Source of the DNA: Alphaproteobacteria bacterium
Lineage (GTDB): Bacteria; Pseudomonadota; Alphaproteobacteria; CALKHQ01
NCBI GenBank assembly: GCA_965227515.1
Contig: CBDDFZ010000001.1
Location: 1-64,000, forward strand
Direction: 5' to 3'
DNA: 64,000 nucleotides
The notes below the pieces were generated by a model that saw only the letters and a program-made list of their open reading frames with translations, was not told the DNA's origin and made no database searches. The position numbers and the translations under genes are program-made. This document shows positions 8,051 through 18,270 of this stretch, piece by piece. Positions within the stretch are counted from its first letter, which is position 1, and each line of letters starts with the position of its first letter.

Positions 8051-10978
8051 CTACAACTCCTGGCGCTTGTTGTCGGGGTCGTAGAACGGCAGCGGCACAA
8101 CCTCCGCCTCGATCAGCCGGCCGCCGTCCACGCGGATGGTGAAGCGCGATCCCTCCTCGGCCTGGTCCGGCGCGACATAGGCCAGACCCACCGTGTGGCC
8201 GACATTGGGCGACGCCACCGCCGAGGTGACCCTCCCGGTGACTTCCGAGCCGCGCACCACCAGGTGGCATTCCGCCGGCACCGGGTCGTTGTCGTCGACC
8301 AGCCGGAAACCGACCAGCGAGCGCTGCACGCCATTGCGGGTCTGCATCTCGATCGACCGGCCGCCGACGAAGAACGGCTTCTTGCGGCTGATCGCCCAGG
8401 CCATCGCCGCCTCGTGCGGGTTGGTCAGCCCGTCGGTGTCCTGGCCGATGATGATGTGGCCCTTCTCCAGCCTGAGCATGCGCTGGGCCTCGACGCCGAA
8501 CGGGCGAATGCCCTCCGGCGCGCCGGCCTCGATCAGCGCGTCCCACAACGCTTCGCCGCACGACGCCGGCGCATGGATCTCGTAACCGAGCTCGCCGACG
8601 AACCCGACGCGCAGCAGCCGGCATGGCAGCCCGGCGACGGTGCCGGTGCGCACGCCCATATAGGGGAAGTCCTCGGCCGACAGGTCGACGTCCTCGCACA
8701 CCCGCTCCAGCACCTGGCGCGACAGGGGACCCGCAATGTTGACCCCGCACCACGACGCGGTGACGTTGGTGACGTCGACGTCCAGCCGCCACTGCGCGTT
8801 CATCAGCAGCATGTGCTGGTAGACCGCGGCCACGCCGGACGTGGTGGCGGTGACGTAGAAATGCCGGTCTGAGAAGCGGCAGGCGACGCCGTCGTCGACG
8901 ATCACGCCGGACATATCGGTCATCAGCACGTAGCGCGAGCGGCCCACCGGCTGCTTCAAATAGGCGAACGTGTAGATGCGGTTCATGAACTCCGCCGCAT
9001 CCGGCCCGCGCACCTCCAACCCGCCCAGCGTCGAGACGTCGATCAGGCCGACCGCCTCGCGCACGTGCTTGGCCTCGGCGGCGATGGCGGCGGTGCGGTC
9101 GCCGCCAGCGCTGTAGACCGCTGGGCGCATCCACAGGCCCGCCGGCATCATTTCCGCGCCGGCCTCGATATGGCGCTCGTGCATGGCGGTGTGGCGCACC
9201 GGCTCGAAGCTGCGGCCGGCGAGGTGCCCGAAGGTCTCCGGCTGATAGGGCGGGCGGGTCGTCGTCGTGCCGACGGCCGCGCACGGCACGCCCCACTGGC
9301 GCGCCACCAGCCGCATGGTGGTGACGGCGGAGTGGCGGCCCTGGCTCGGCCCCATGCCGACGGTAGAGTAGCGCTTGACCAGCTCGATGTGATCGTAGCC
9401 GTCGGCCATCGCGTTCTTGATGTCTTTGACCTGCAAGTCCTCGTCGAAGTCGACGAAGTCCTTGCCGCCGGGGTTGGCGAAGATCGGCCAGGGATGGGTC
9501 TGGTGCTCCGCGCCGGTGCGGTTGGCCGGATCGGGCGCCGCGCCGACGTCCAGCCCGATATCGGCGGCGGCGGCATGGCCGGCCCGCCGGCCGTCCTGCA
9601 CCACCGCATGCAGGTCGAACATGCCGTTGACCGAGCCGCAGGCGAACACATGGTCCGGCAACGCGCGCACCGCCATCATCGCGGTGGCGTCGTCGTACTC
9701 CAGGGTGGCGCCGGCGTGATACAGCAGTTGCGCCGCCGGCGTGTAACCGGTCGCCATGCAGATCAGGTCGCAGCGCAGGGTGTTGCCCTCGGCCTCGACC
9801 ACGCCCTCGCGCGCGATCCGGCCGATCTCCAGCCCGACGACCGAGCGCAGGCCACGGCCGGGCCGCGACTGCCACGGCGCGTACCCCGCGATCACCTTGA
9901 TACCGGCGGAGACCGCGGCAGCGGTGACCTCGTCCTCCACCGGGTTGGGGCGCAGGTCGACGATGGCGGCAATTTCGGTGCCCGCCCCGGCGAGATCGAG
10001 TGCCGCCGCGTACCCGTCCGAGTTGGCGGCAACCACCGCCGCGCGCGCGCCGGGCCGGATGCCGTAGTGGCGGATCATCCGCTGGGCCGCACTGGCCAAC
10101 ATCACGCCCGGAAGGTCGTTGTGGCGGAACACCGGCGGCTGCTCCATGGAGCCGGTGGCGACCACCACGGCGCGGGCGCGCACCTTGAACATGCGGTTGC
10201 CCTGAATCACCGGCAGCCAGTTGTCCGCGAACAGCCCTTGCGCGGTCGCACCGGTCATCACCCGGATGCCGGCGTGCGCCTCCACCTTGGCGGCCATGTC
10301 GGCAAGTGTCGTCCCGGCCATGGCGCCTTCGCCATCGAAGCGGGCGTAGGTCAGCGCGCCGCCCAGCACCGGGTTCTCGTCGACCAGCAGCACCTCGGCG
10401 CCCGCGTCGGCCGCTTCCAGCGCCGCGGCCATGCCGGCCGCACCGGCGCCGACGACGACCACGTCCTCGAACAGATACTGCTTGTCGAAATAGCCGTGGC
10501 CGTGGCCCTGGTCGACGGTGCCGAGGCCCGCCATCGCGCGGATGGTCGGCTCCCAGCGCTTCCACGACCCGTTGCGGAAGAACGTCTTGTAGTAGAAGCC
10601 CACCGGCAGGAAGCGGCCCAGCCGGTCCAGCATCATCCAGCGGTCGTTCGTCAGGCTGCCCTTGTAGTTCTGGCCGCGCACCTCCAGCCCCTCGCGGGCG
10701 GCCGTGCGGTCGGCCAGCACGTTGGGCGCGCCGGGAAGCTGGACCAGCGTGTTGGCGTCCTGGCCAGCCATGGTCAGCGGCCCGCGCGGCCGGTGGTACT
10801 TGAACGAGCGCGACATCACCTTCACGCCGTTTGCCCACAGGGCCGACGCGATGCTGTCGCCCTCGAAACCGTGGATCGGCTGGCCCTCGAACGTGAAGGT
10901 CAGCGGGCGGTCGCGGTCGATCAGCAGGCCGTCGGGCGCCGCCAGCCGCGCGGCCAGATTTGCCGGCATCATGGTCAT
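8051..10978 (-). CDS. mgdC: N-methylglutamate dehydrogenase subunit C / sarcosine oxidase alpha-like
   Basis: SRSFKYHRPRG, GAGAAG dinucleotide fold, KRYSTVGMGPSQG and a GcvT-like C-terminal half (LRLEKGH). Confidence 0.8.
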   Translation of the reverse strand: MTMMPANLAARLAAPDGLLIDRDRPLTFTFEGQPIHGFEGDSIASALWANGVKVMSRSFKYHRPRGPLTMAGQDANTLVQLPGAPNVLADRTAAREGLEVRGQNYKGSLTNDRWMMLDRLGRFLPVGFYYKTFFRNGSWKRWEPTIRAMAGLGTVDQGHGHGYFDKQYLFEDVVVVGAGAAGMAAALEAADAGAEVLLVDENPVLGGALTYARFDGEGAMAGTTLADMAAKVEAHAGIRVMTGATAQGLFADNWLPVIQGNRMFKVRARAVVVATGSMEQPPVFRHNDLPGVMLASAAQRMIRHYGIRPGARAAVVAANSDGYAAALDLAGAGTEIAAIVDLRPNPVEDEVTAAAVSAGIKVIAGYAPWQSRPGRGLRSVVGLEIGRIAREGVVEAEGNTLRCDLICMATGYTPAAQLLYHAGATLEYDDATAMMAVRALPDHVFACGSVNGMFDLHAVVQDGRRAGHAAAADIGLDVGAAPDPANRTGAEHQTHPWPIFANPGGKDFVDFDEDLQVKDIKNAMADGYDHIELVKRYSTVGMGPSQGRHSAVTTMRLVARQWGVPCAAVGTTTTRPPYQPETFGHLAGRSFEPVRHTAMHERHIEAGAEMMPAGLWMRPAVYSAGGDRTAAIAAEAKHVREAVGLIDVSTLGGLEVRGPDAAEFMNRIYTFAYLKQPVGRSRYVLMTDMSGVIVDDGVACRFSDRHFYVTATTSGVAAVYQHMLLMNAQWRLDVDVTNVTASWCGVNIAGPLSRQVLERVCEDVDLSAEDFPYMGVRTGTVAGLPCRLLRVGFVGELGYEIHAPASCGEALWDALIEAGAPEGIRPFGVEAQRMLRLEKGHIIIGQDTDGLTNPHEAAMAWAISRKKPFFVGGRSIEMQTRNGVQRSLVGFRLVDDNDPVPAECHLVVRGSEVTGRVTSAVASPNVGHTVGLAYVAPDQAEEGSRFTIRVDGGRLIEAEVVPLPFYDPDNKRQEL

Positions 10979-11274
10979 GCGCCGCCCTCTTCAGGAGCCT
11001 GAAACTCGACCCGATCCTTGAACACCTCGCTGGCCGGATAGGTGCGCAGCATGGTGTCGGTGCGGGTGTCGCGCTCGCCGATGAACCAGTAGGCGGTCGG
11101 CACGTGGCACCACCATTCGCGGACCACGCCGGCGGTGTTGTTCTCCAGGAACACGTAGTCGACCCATTCGGCGTCGCTGCACCGGTTCGGATCGGGCATC
11201 GCCTGCACCTCGCCGGCGTTGATGAACTCCTGGGCGTTGCGCGGGCCGTTCAGCGGGCAGTCGATCAGTTTCAT
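10975..11274 (-). CDS. mgdB: N-methylglutamate dehydrogenase subunit B / sarcosine oxidase delta-like
   Basis: MKLIDCPLNGPRNAQEF...EWWCH...ERDT. Confidence 0.8.
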   Translation of the reverse strand: MKLIDCPLNGPRNAQEFINAGEVQAMPDPNRCSDAEWVDYVFLENNTAGVVREWWCHVPTAYWFIGERDTRTDTMLRTYPASEVFKDRVEFQAPEEGGA

Positions 11275-11292
11275 GTCGTCAATGCCCCGCCC

Positions 11293-12531
11293 CTAATGCC
11301 CCACCGAGGCGGCGCCCTTTTCGCCGACCAGATCGAACTCGTTGAATCGGTCCAGCCGGAACGGGTGCAGGATGTCGGGCACCTTGCCGGTCGCCACCGT
11401 CTCCGCCATCCGCTTGCCGCTGACCGGCGTCGCCTTGAAGCCCCAGGTGCCCCAGCCACTGTCGACGTAGTAGTTCGGCACCGGGGTCACGCCCATGATC
11501 GGGCTGAAGTCGGGCGTCATGTCGGCCATGCCGGCCCACTGCCGCACCACCCGCACGTCGGCGAGGTAGGGGAACAGCTCCAGGATGTGGGCCATCAGCC
11601 CTTCCTTGAAGTCCAGGGTCGAGCGCGTCGAGTACAAGGCGTAGGGGTCGGTCGACCCGCCCATCACCAGCTCGCCGCGCGAGCTTTGCGAGACGTAGAC
11701 GTGGAGGCTGCCCGACACGATGATCGCGTCGAGGAATGGCTTCATCGGCAGCGACACGCAGGCCTGCAACGGGATGGTGCGGATCGGCAGCTTGAAACCG
11801 GCCATCGCGGCGACCACCGAGCTCATGCCCGCGGTCGCCTGCAGCACTTTGCCCGCGTGCACCGTGCCGCGCGTGGTCTCCACCTTCACGCCGCCGGCCG
11901 TCGCCTCTATCCCGGTGACCTCGGTGAGCTGGTGGATCTCCGCGCCCCGGTCGGCGGCCCCGCGCGCATAGCCCCAGGCTACCGCGTCATGGCGGGCGAT
12001 GGCACCCGGCGGATGATACAGCGCACCCAGGATCGGGTAGCGCACATCGCGCGACATATTCAGTTGCGGCACCAGCCGCGCCACGTCGTCGGCCAGCACA
12101 AGCTCGGAGTTCACCCCCATGTGCTTGTTGACCTCGGCGCGCCAGCGCATGGTGCGCAGCGCCGCGTCGGTGTGGGCGAGGGTGAAGTGGCCGCGCTCGG
12201 AATACATCAAATTGTAGTCGACCTCGTCGGCGAGATCGCGATAGAGCCTGACCGACTCGTCGTAGAAGCGCACGCCCTCCGGCGTCAGGTAGTTCGACCT
12301 GATGATCGCGGTATTGCGCGCGGTGTTGCCGCCGGCGAGGTAGCCCTTGTCCAGGATCGCGACATTGGTGATGCCCCAGTCGCGCGCCAAGTAATAGGCG
12401 GCCGCCAGCCCGTGGCCGCCGCCGCCGATGATGACGACGTCGTACGATGCCTTCAGGTCGCGCGCCTTCGGGAAATGCCGCTTCTCGCGATGGCCGGGCT
12501 TCAGCCCGTATTTCAGCAGCGCGAACGCCAT
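11293..12531 (-). CDS. mgdA: N-methylglutamate dehydrogenase subunit A / sarcosine oxidase beta-like flavoprotein
   Basis: IIGGGGHGLA, GGNTARNTAIIRSNY, GWGTWGFKATP and C-terminal EKGAASVGH; start taken at MAFALLKYG. Confidence 0.8.
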   Translation of the reverse strand: MAFALLKYGLKPGHREKRHFPKARDLKASYDVVIIGGGGHGLAAAYYLARDWGITNVAILDKGYLAGGNTARNTAIIRSNYLTPEGVRFYDESVRLYRDLADEVDYNLMYSERGHFTLAHTDAALRTMRWRAEVNKHMGVNSELVLADDVARLVPQLNMSRDVRYPILGALYHPPGAIARHDAVAWGYARGAADRGAEIHQLTEVTGIEATAGGVKVETTRGTVHAGKVLQATAGMSSVVAAMAGFKLPIRTIPLQACVSLPMKPFLDAIIVSGSLHVYVSQSSRGELVMGGSTDPYALYSTRSTLDFKEGLMAHILELFPYLADVRVVRQWAGMADMTPDFSPIMGVTPVPNYYVDSGWGTWGFKATPVSGKRMAETVATGKVPDILHPFRLDRFNEFDLVGEKGAASVGH

Positions 12532-12564
12532 GGCCGGTTTCCTGTGCGGCAGTCGGACCGCAAT

Positions 12565-12591
12565 GTACCAATTTTGGACCAATTATGGTCC
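12565..12591. promoter_or_regulatory. Putative operator (GGACCA-N4-TGGTCC with 11-bp spaced ACCAATT repeats), GntR/FadR-like
   Basis: Inverted repeat at 12576-12591 just upstream of the mgdA-like start. Confidence 0.4.
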
Positions 12592-12800
12592 GATCCTGAC
12601 CATTGGATCATTTCTGGCGGGAAATGCAAGCGCGGATTGGCCAACTGGTACAGCACGCCTGCGGCGTCATGACCCGGTAACCGTTAGCCGGTAGGTTTGT
12701 GCAATGCAGCATGATTGTTGCAATGCACAAAGTTCTGCCCAATCTTGGGTATAGGATGCCCCATACGCTACCCTGACAGGAACGCCCGGGAACGCACGCG

Positions 12801-15494
12801 ATGACGACACGCAACCTCGACAAACTGCTGCATCCGCGTTCGATCGCCGTGGTTGGTGCAACCACCCGGCACGGCGCGGTCGGCAACATCGTGATGCGCA
12901 ACATGCTGTCCGCCGGGTTCGAAGGACCGGTGTTCCCGGTCAACCCGAAGTACGAGGCGGTTGCCGGCGTGCTCGCCTATCCCGATGTCGCCAGCCTGCC
13001 CAAGGCGCCCGACATGGCGGTGGTCTGCATCCCGCCGGAACCGATCCCGAACGTGATCGCGGAGCTCGGCGCGCGCGGCACCCGTGCTGCCATCGTGCTG
13101 ACCGCCGGGCTGGAGGCGGTGGAGACCGAGACCGGCACGGCGCTGACCGACATGCTGAAGGCCGCCCAGCCGCACCTGCTGCGCATCCTGGGGCCGAATT
13201 GCCTGGGCGCGCTGGTGCCCCGCGCCGGCATGAACGCAAGCTTCGCCCACCTGCCCGCCGAAGAAGGCAACATCGCCTTCGTCTCGCAGTCCGGCGCGCT
13301 TTGCACCGCGGTGCTGGACTGGGCGCACTTGAACGGGGTCGGGTTCTCGCACCTGATCTCGCTGGGCAACGCGGACGACGTCGACTTCGGCGACATCGTC
13401 GACTATCTCGCCAGCGATCCCTACACCAGCGCCATCCTGCTCTATGTCGAGGCGGTCACCCACGGCCGCAAGTTCATGTCGGCGTGCCGCGCGGCGGCCC
13501 GCAACAAGCCGGTGCTGGTGGTGAAATCGGGCGTGGCGGCCGAGGGCGCGCGCGCCGCCGCCACCCACACCGGTGCGCTCGCCGGCAGCGATCGGGTCTA
13601 TGACGCCGCATTCCGCCGCGCCGGCATGCTGCGGGTGGAGGACATCGACGAGCTGTTCGCGGCGGTGGAGACCCTGGCGCGCGCCCGGGTGCGCAGCGGT
13701 GAGCGGCTGGCGATCCTGACCAATGGCGGCGGCATCGGCGTGATGGCCATGGACTCGCTGGTCACCAGCGGCGGCGTGCCGGCGAAGCTCAGCGACGAGA
13801 CCGTCGACCGGCTGGATGCGGTGCTGCCATCGACATGGTCCCATGCCAATCCGGTCGACATCATCGGCGATGCGCCCGGCAGCCGCTATGCGGCGGCCAC
13901 CCGCATCCTGGCCGAGGCCAAGGAATGCGACGCCATGCTGGTGATGCACGCGCCGACCGCCACCGCCGACAGCGTGGAGGCCGCCCAGGCCGTCGCCGAC
14001 GTCGCCCGCGAGACCAAGCCCACTGTGCTGACGAGCTGGGTCGGCGGCCAGGCGGTGGCCCCGGCCCGCGCCCTGTTCAACACCCACGGCATCCCCACGT
14101 ACAACTCGCCACGGCGGGCGGTGCAGGCCTTCATGCACATGGTCAACTATCGCCGCAGCCAGGATATGCTGACCGAGACCCCGCCCTCGGTGCCGCATGG
14201 CATCGTCCGCACCGTCGACACCGCGCGGCTGGTGGTGGAGGCCAGGCTGGCCAACGGCAGCCGGATGCTGAGCGAGCCGGAGTCGAAGGCCGTGCTGGCC
14301 GCCTTCGGCATTCCGACCGTGGAGACCCACATCGTCCGCACCGCGGCGGAAGCGGCGACCCAGGCCGCCGCCATGGGCTTTCCGGCGGCGCTGAAGGTGC
14401 TGTCGGAGGACATCAGCCACAAGTCCGACGTCGGCGGCGTCGCGCTCTACCTGGAGAACGCCCAGGCCGTCGAGGCCGCGGCGACGAAGATGCTGGACAA
14501 CGTGCGCGAGCGCCGGCCGGAAGCGCACGTGCAGGGCTTCTCGGTACAGCGGATGATCGAGCGGCCGGGCGCGCACGAGGTGTTCATGGGCGTGACCGAC
14601 GACCCGGTCTTCGGGCCGGTGATCGTGTTCGGCCATGGCGGCACGGCGGTGGAAGTGATCGACGACAGCGCGGTCGCCCTGCCGCCGTTAAACATGGCGC
14701 TGGCCCGCGACCTGGTCGCGCAGACCCGCATTTCACGCCTGCTCGCCGGCTACCGCAACCGGCCGCCGGTCGACATGGACAAGCTCTGCATGGCGCTGAT
14801 CCAGCTCTCCCAGCTCATCGTCGACGTGCCCCAGGTGCGCGAGGTCGACATCAACCCACTGCTGGTCGACGAGAATGGCGTGCTGGCGCTGGACGCACGC
14901 ATCCGGGTCGCGCAGTCGACCGCGCGCGGCGGCAGCCAGCTCGCGATCCGCCCGTATCCAGAGGCGCTGGAGGAGACCGCGCACCTGCGCTCGGGCCGCA
15001 CGGTGCTGATCCGACCGATCCGGCCCGAGGACGAGCCCGAGCACAATGCGTTCTTCGCCATGCTGCAGCCCGACGACATTCGCTTCCGTTTCTTCGGTCA
15101 GGTCCGCGCGCTGCCGCACACCCAGATGGCCCGGCTGACCCAGATCGACTACGACCGCGAAATGGCGTTCATTGCCAGCGCCGAGGACGAGCACGGCAAG
15201 CCGGAGACCCTGGGTGTGGTGCGCACGGTGACCGACCCCAACAACGAGCGCGCCGAGTTCGCGATCATCGTGCGCTCGGACCTGAAGCGGCAGGGCCTGG
15301 GCCGCGCGCTGCTGGACAAGATGATCCGCTATTGCCGGCAGCGCGGCACCGACCGGATGATCGGCCAGGTGATGGGCGGCAATACCGGCATGCTGAAACT
15401 GGCGACGGAGATGGGCTTCGAAAGCCACCGGCTGTCGGAACAGGACGTGGTCGAGGTCACCCTGCCCCTGCGCGGGGGTGCGGAGGCAGCGTAG
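12801..15494 (+). CDS. pat: Pat/Pka-type protein lysine acetyltransferase (NDP-forming acyl-CoA synthetase-like domain plus GNAT)
   Basis: RILGPNCLG, SQSGAL, HTGALAGSD, ISHKSDVGGV and C-terminal GNAT (RLTQIDYDREMAF, RQGLGRALL). Confidence 0.9.
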   Translation: MTTRNLDKLLHPRSIAVVGATTRHGAVGNIVMRNMLSAGFEGPVFPVNPKYEAVAGVLAYPDVASLPKAPDMAVVCIPPEPIPNVIAELGARGTRAAIVLTAGLEAVETETGTALTDMLKAAQPHLLRILGPNCLGALVPRAGMNASFAHLPAEEGNIAFVSQSGALCTAVLDWAHLNGVGFSHLISLGNADDVDFGDIVDYLASDPYTSAILLYVEAVTHGRKFMSACRAAARNKPVLVVKSGVAAEGARAAATHTGALAGSDRVYDAAFRRAGMLRVEDIDELFAAVETLARARVRSGERLAILTNGGGIGVMAMDSLVTSGGVPAKLSDETVDRLDAVLPSTWSHANPVDIIGDAPGSRYAAATRILAEAKECDAMLVMHAPTATADSVEAAQAVADVARETKPTVLTSWVGGQAVAPARALFNTHGIPTYNSPRRAVQAFMHMVNYRRSQDMLTETPPSVPHGIVRTVDTARLVVEARLANGSRMLSEPESKAVLAAFGIPTVETHIVRTAAEAATQAAAMGFPAALKVLSEDISHKSDVGGVALYLENAQAVEAAATKMLDNVRERRPEAHVQGFSVQRMIERPGAHEVFMGVTDDPVFGPVIVFGHGGTAVEVIDDSAVALPPLNMALARDLVAQTRISRLLAGYRNRPPVDMDKLCMALIQLSQLIVDVPQVREVDINPLLVDENGVLALDARIRVAQSTARGGSQLAIRPYPEALEETAHLRSGRTVLIRPIRPEDEPEHNAFFAMLQPDDIRFRFFGQVRALPHTQMARLTQIDYDREMAFIASAEDEHGKPETLGVVRTVTDPNNERAEFAIIVRSDLKRQGLGRALLDKMIRYCRQRGTDRMIGQVMGGNTGMLKLATEMGFESHRLSEQDVVEVTLPLRGGAEAA

Positions 15495-15500
15495 GGCCAG

Positions 15501-16304
15501 TCAGCGCTGCCAGCGGAAATGGTCCTCGCGGCGGACGGTGCGGATATCGTCGAGGTCGAACGTCGCCATCGCGATCTGCGGCTTGTCGTCGGCGACGGTC
15601 AGCAGCCGCCCACGGCCATCGACCGCGAAGGAATGACCGTCGAACCGCGGCGCCGGATCGACCGCCGGATAGTTGGCGACCGCAATTCCCATGCAGGTCT
15701 CGAACGCCCGGCCACGCGCAGAAGCGATGCGGACATCGCCGACCACCGGATCGCGGCCCAACCAGCACGCATTCGGCACCAGCGTCACCTCGGCGCCGGC
15801 GTTGGAAAGGGTCTCGGCGGAGTCGGCATATTCCCGGTCCATGCAGATCATGATGCCGACCGTGACCGGCCCGGCGGCAGTATCGATGGACGCAACCGCA
15901 AAGCCGCCGCCGCGCGCGCACGCCACTTCCGGCGTCTCGAAGTCGCAGATGTGGACCTTGCGGTGATGCAGCACCGCCGTGCCCGACGGATCGAACAGGG
16001 TCGCGGCGTTAAAGGGGTTGCCGCCCTCGGTATCCGCTTCCAGATAGGTCGCCACCACGTGGATGCGATGGCGGCGCGCCAAGCCAGCGAAGCGTTGCAC
16101 CCAGTCGCCGTCGCGCGGCGCCGCGCCGGCCCGCCAGGCGGCCTCGCCGGCCGCATCGCCGCGCGCGAAACCGACATAGCCGTTCGACCACATCTCCGGA
16201 AACACGGCCACGTCGGCGCCACGCGCCGCCGCCTCGGCCACCAGCGCATCCGCGTCCGCGTCGGCCGGATGCTGCAACAGCGCGACTGATATGGTGTTGG
16301 CCAT
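15501..16304 (-). CDS. Carbon-nitrogen hydrolase (nitrilase superfamily)
   Basis: VFPEMW (Glu), HRKVH (Lys) and MICMDRE (Cys) catalytic triad. Confidence 0.9.
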   Translation of the reverse strand: MANTISVALLQHPADADADALVAEAAARGADVAVFPEMWSNGYVGFARGDAAGEAAWRAGAAPRDGDWVQRFAGLARRHRIHVVATYLEADTEGGNPFNAATLFDPSGTAVLHHRKVHICDFETPEVACARGGGFAVASIDTAAGPVTVGIMICMDREYADSAETLSNAGAEVTLVPNACWLGRDPVVGDVRIASARGRAFETCMGIAVANYPAVDPAPRFDGHSFAVDGRGRLLTVADDKPQIAMATFDLDDIRTVRREDHFRWQR

Positions 16305-16355
16305 CGTGGCCACGCATCGCACGGCGTCGGCGGCAAGTCCAGCCGGGGGAAGGCG

Positions 16356-18170
16356 TCAAGGGCTAGCGGCTGTATCCATGCCGTAGATGGTGAAGGCGTC
16401 GTTCTGGAATTGGACCCGGGGACCGGCATCGCCGCAGTCCGGCACGGCACCGTGGGCAGCGGCCAGCACCTCGGTGCGCAACAGCATGTAGTCGGCGCCC
16501 GTCTGGCCGAGCAGCCGGTCGATGCCGGCGCAATCGGCGGCGGCGTGCTGCGACGCCTCCCAGCTTTCCATCGCCTGCCACCCCGCCTCGGCCCGCGCGG
16601 CGGCATCAGGCATCGCGACCTCGAGCATGCGGGCCATGGTGAGGGCGGCCTGATCGGGCTGGGCGACCGAGAACAGCTTGAACTCGACATAGGCGCTGCG
16701 GCGGGCGAGCAGGCGGAACTCCAGCATGCCGACCGGAATGACGAACAGCGCATCCGCGGGCGTGTTCGTCCTGATCCAGTCGAAGCCGGCAACCTCGGCA
16801 GCATCGCGCGGCGCGGTTACCGGACGGAATGCGAGGGTCATGCCGACGAACACTAGCGAGACCAAGGCGGCCAGCAGCGCCAGATGCCGCCATGCCTTGC
16901 CGGGCCAGGCAATCGCCAGCCCGACGGCGCAGACGACCGCACCGAGCCAGGTGCCGTTAAGTGCGAGGATTGCGACGGCCGCGGCGATTGCCGCGAGCGT
17001 CCAAGGGTTCGAAACGAAGGCAGCATCGGCGCGCCAGGACCGGACTGCCGCGACAACGGACGGCGCGGCGATGGCGGCGGCGAACACGAACCAGAGTGGG
17101 CTGGTGCGGGTGGCATCGAGCACGAACAGCGGCAGCCACTCGGCGAGCCCCCAGACATAGGAGACAGCCGTCACCAGCCAGAGTGCGCCGAACGCGGCCA
17201 CGACACCCAGGGCGGCGCGGCCGCGCGACGGTTCGCGCCGCTTGAGGGCCATGGCCCCGACGCCGCCAAGCACCAGGTAGAGGGCCGCCAGCACCAGGTC
17301 GTTGTTAGGCAGGGTATAGTGGTGCGGCATGCGGAACCGGTAGGCGTCGTCGAGCAGGTCGAACGCCGCGCCATTGGTGAGGCCGGGCAAGGTCGATGCC
17401 GCAGCACCCATGGCCTCAATGCCGTCGAGGACGACAGGTGCCGCAACGACAAGCGCGGATATCGCGGCAAGCGCCAATGGGCGCAGGCCGGCGCGGCCGT
17501 GGGCGAGGAACCCGAGGCCGAGGGCAAGGGATGCGTGGGCCGCCACCGCCGGTTGCGCCCACGCCACGACGCCCAGGCAGATGCCGGCGATCAGCCCCTC
17601 GCCGCGCAGCACCGCGCCGAGCGCGAAGGCGGCCGCCACAAGGGCCACGAACTGGTGGTGGAAGAACGGGCTGACATATCCGCCGAAGAAGCCGCGCCCG
17701 ATGCCCGGCTCGACCACGCAGATGGCCAGCCCGAGGCAGATCGGCAGGGCCGCCATCCGCACTTGCGGCCCGTCGGGCGCGACACTGCCGACGATACGCG
17801 CCACGGCGGCGATCGCCGCCACGCACAGCACCAGTACCGCGGCGGTCAGCCCGACAGCGGTACCGACCGTGGCGCGCGCGGCCTCCAGCACCAGTGTGTA
17901 AATCCGGGCGTGGTTGGCGAACATGCGCAACTGGTCGTCGCGCGGAAAGGCTTGCCCGTCGCCGGCCAGGATCGCCAGCGGCGCATAGGCATAGTCGTCG
18001 CCAAAGGGATAGGGGATGTGGCCGGCCAGCAGGTGGGCCGCCAGACCCGCCACCACGATCCAGGCTATGTGGGCCGCATGCTGCTGCCACGACGTACCGG
18101 CGCCGCTGGTCGGCCGTGCCCACGCGGGTGTGCGCGCACGACTCTCGTGATGGTCCGAGGTGGCGGCCAA
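16356..18170 (-). CDS. Polytopic membrane protein with DUF6798-like C-terminal domain
   Basis: Many hydrophobic segments; RMPHHY; WIRTNTPADALFVIP...FRLLARRSAYVEFK. Confidence 0.6.
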   Translation of the reverse strand: MAATSDHHESRARTPAWARPTSGAGTSWQQHAAHIAWIVVAGLAAHLLAGHIPYPFGDDYAYAPLAILAGDGQAFPRDDQLRMFANHARIYTLVLEAARATVGTAVGLTAAVLVLCVAAIAAVARIVGSVAPDGPQVRMAALPICLGLAICVVEPGIGRGFFGGYVSPFFHHQFVALVAAAFALGAVLRGEGLIAGICLGVVAWAQPAVAAHASLALGLGFLAHGRAGLRPLALAAISALVVAAPVVLDGIEAMGAAASTLPGLTNGAAFDLLDDAYRFRMPHHYTLPNNDLVLAALYLVLGGVGAMALKRREPSRGRAALGVVAAFGALWLVTAVSYVWGLAEWLPLFVLDATRTSPLWFVFAAAIAAPSVVAAVRSWRADAAFVSNPWTLAAIAAAVAILALNGTWLGAVVCAVGLAIAWPGKAWRHLALLAALVSLVFVGMTLAFRPVTAPRDAAEVAGFDWIRTNTPADALFVIPVGMLEFRLLARRSAYVEFKLFSVAQPDQAALTMARMLEVAMPDAAARAEAGWQAMESWEASQHAAADCAGIDRLLGQTGADYMLLRTEVLAAAHGAVPDCGDAGPRVQFQNDAFTIYGMDTAASP

Positions 18171-18270
18171 CGGAAGCTCCGGTCTGGTGCGCGCTGTCGA
18201 TGCGAGCGCGGCCCAACAAGACAGGAGCTAACGATGGCGGCGATTGCTGAAGATCGGGTTGATTTGGTGG

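Noticed and set aside
5321-11002. Very long alternative-frame ORFs (5321-7882, 5854-7884, 7830-10838, 9065-11002)
   Set aside because: Arg/Gly/Pro-rich shadow or antisense frames of well-supported genes, as expected in high-GC DNA
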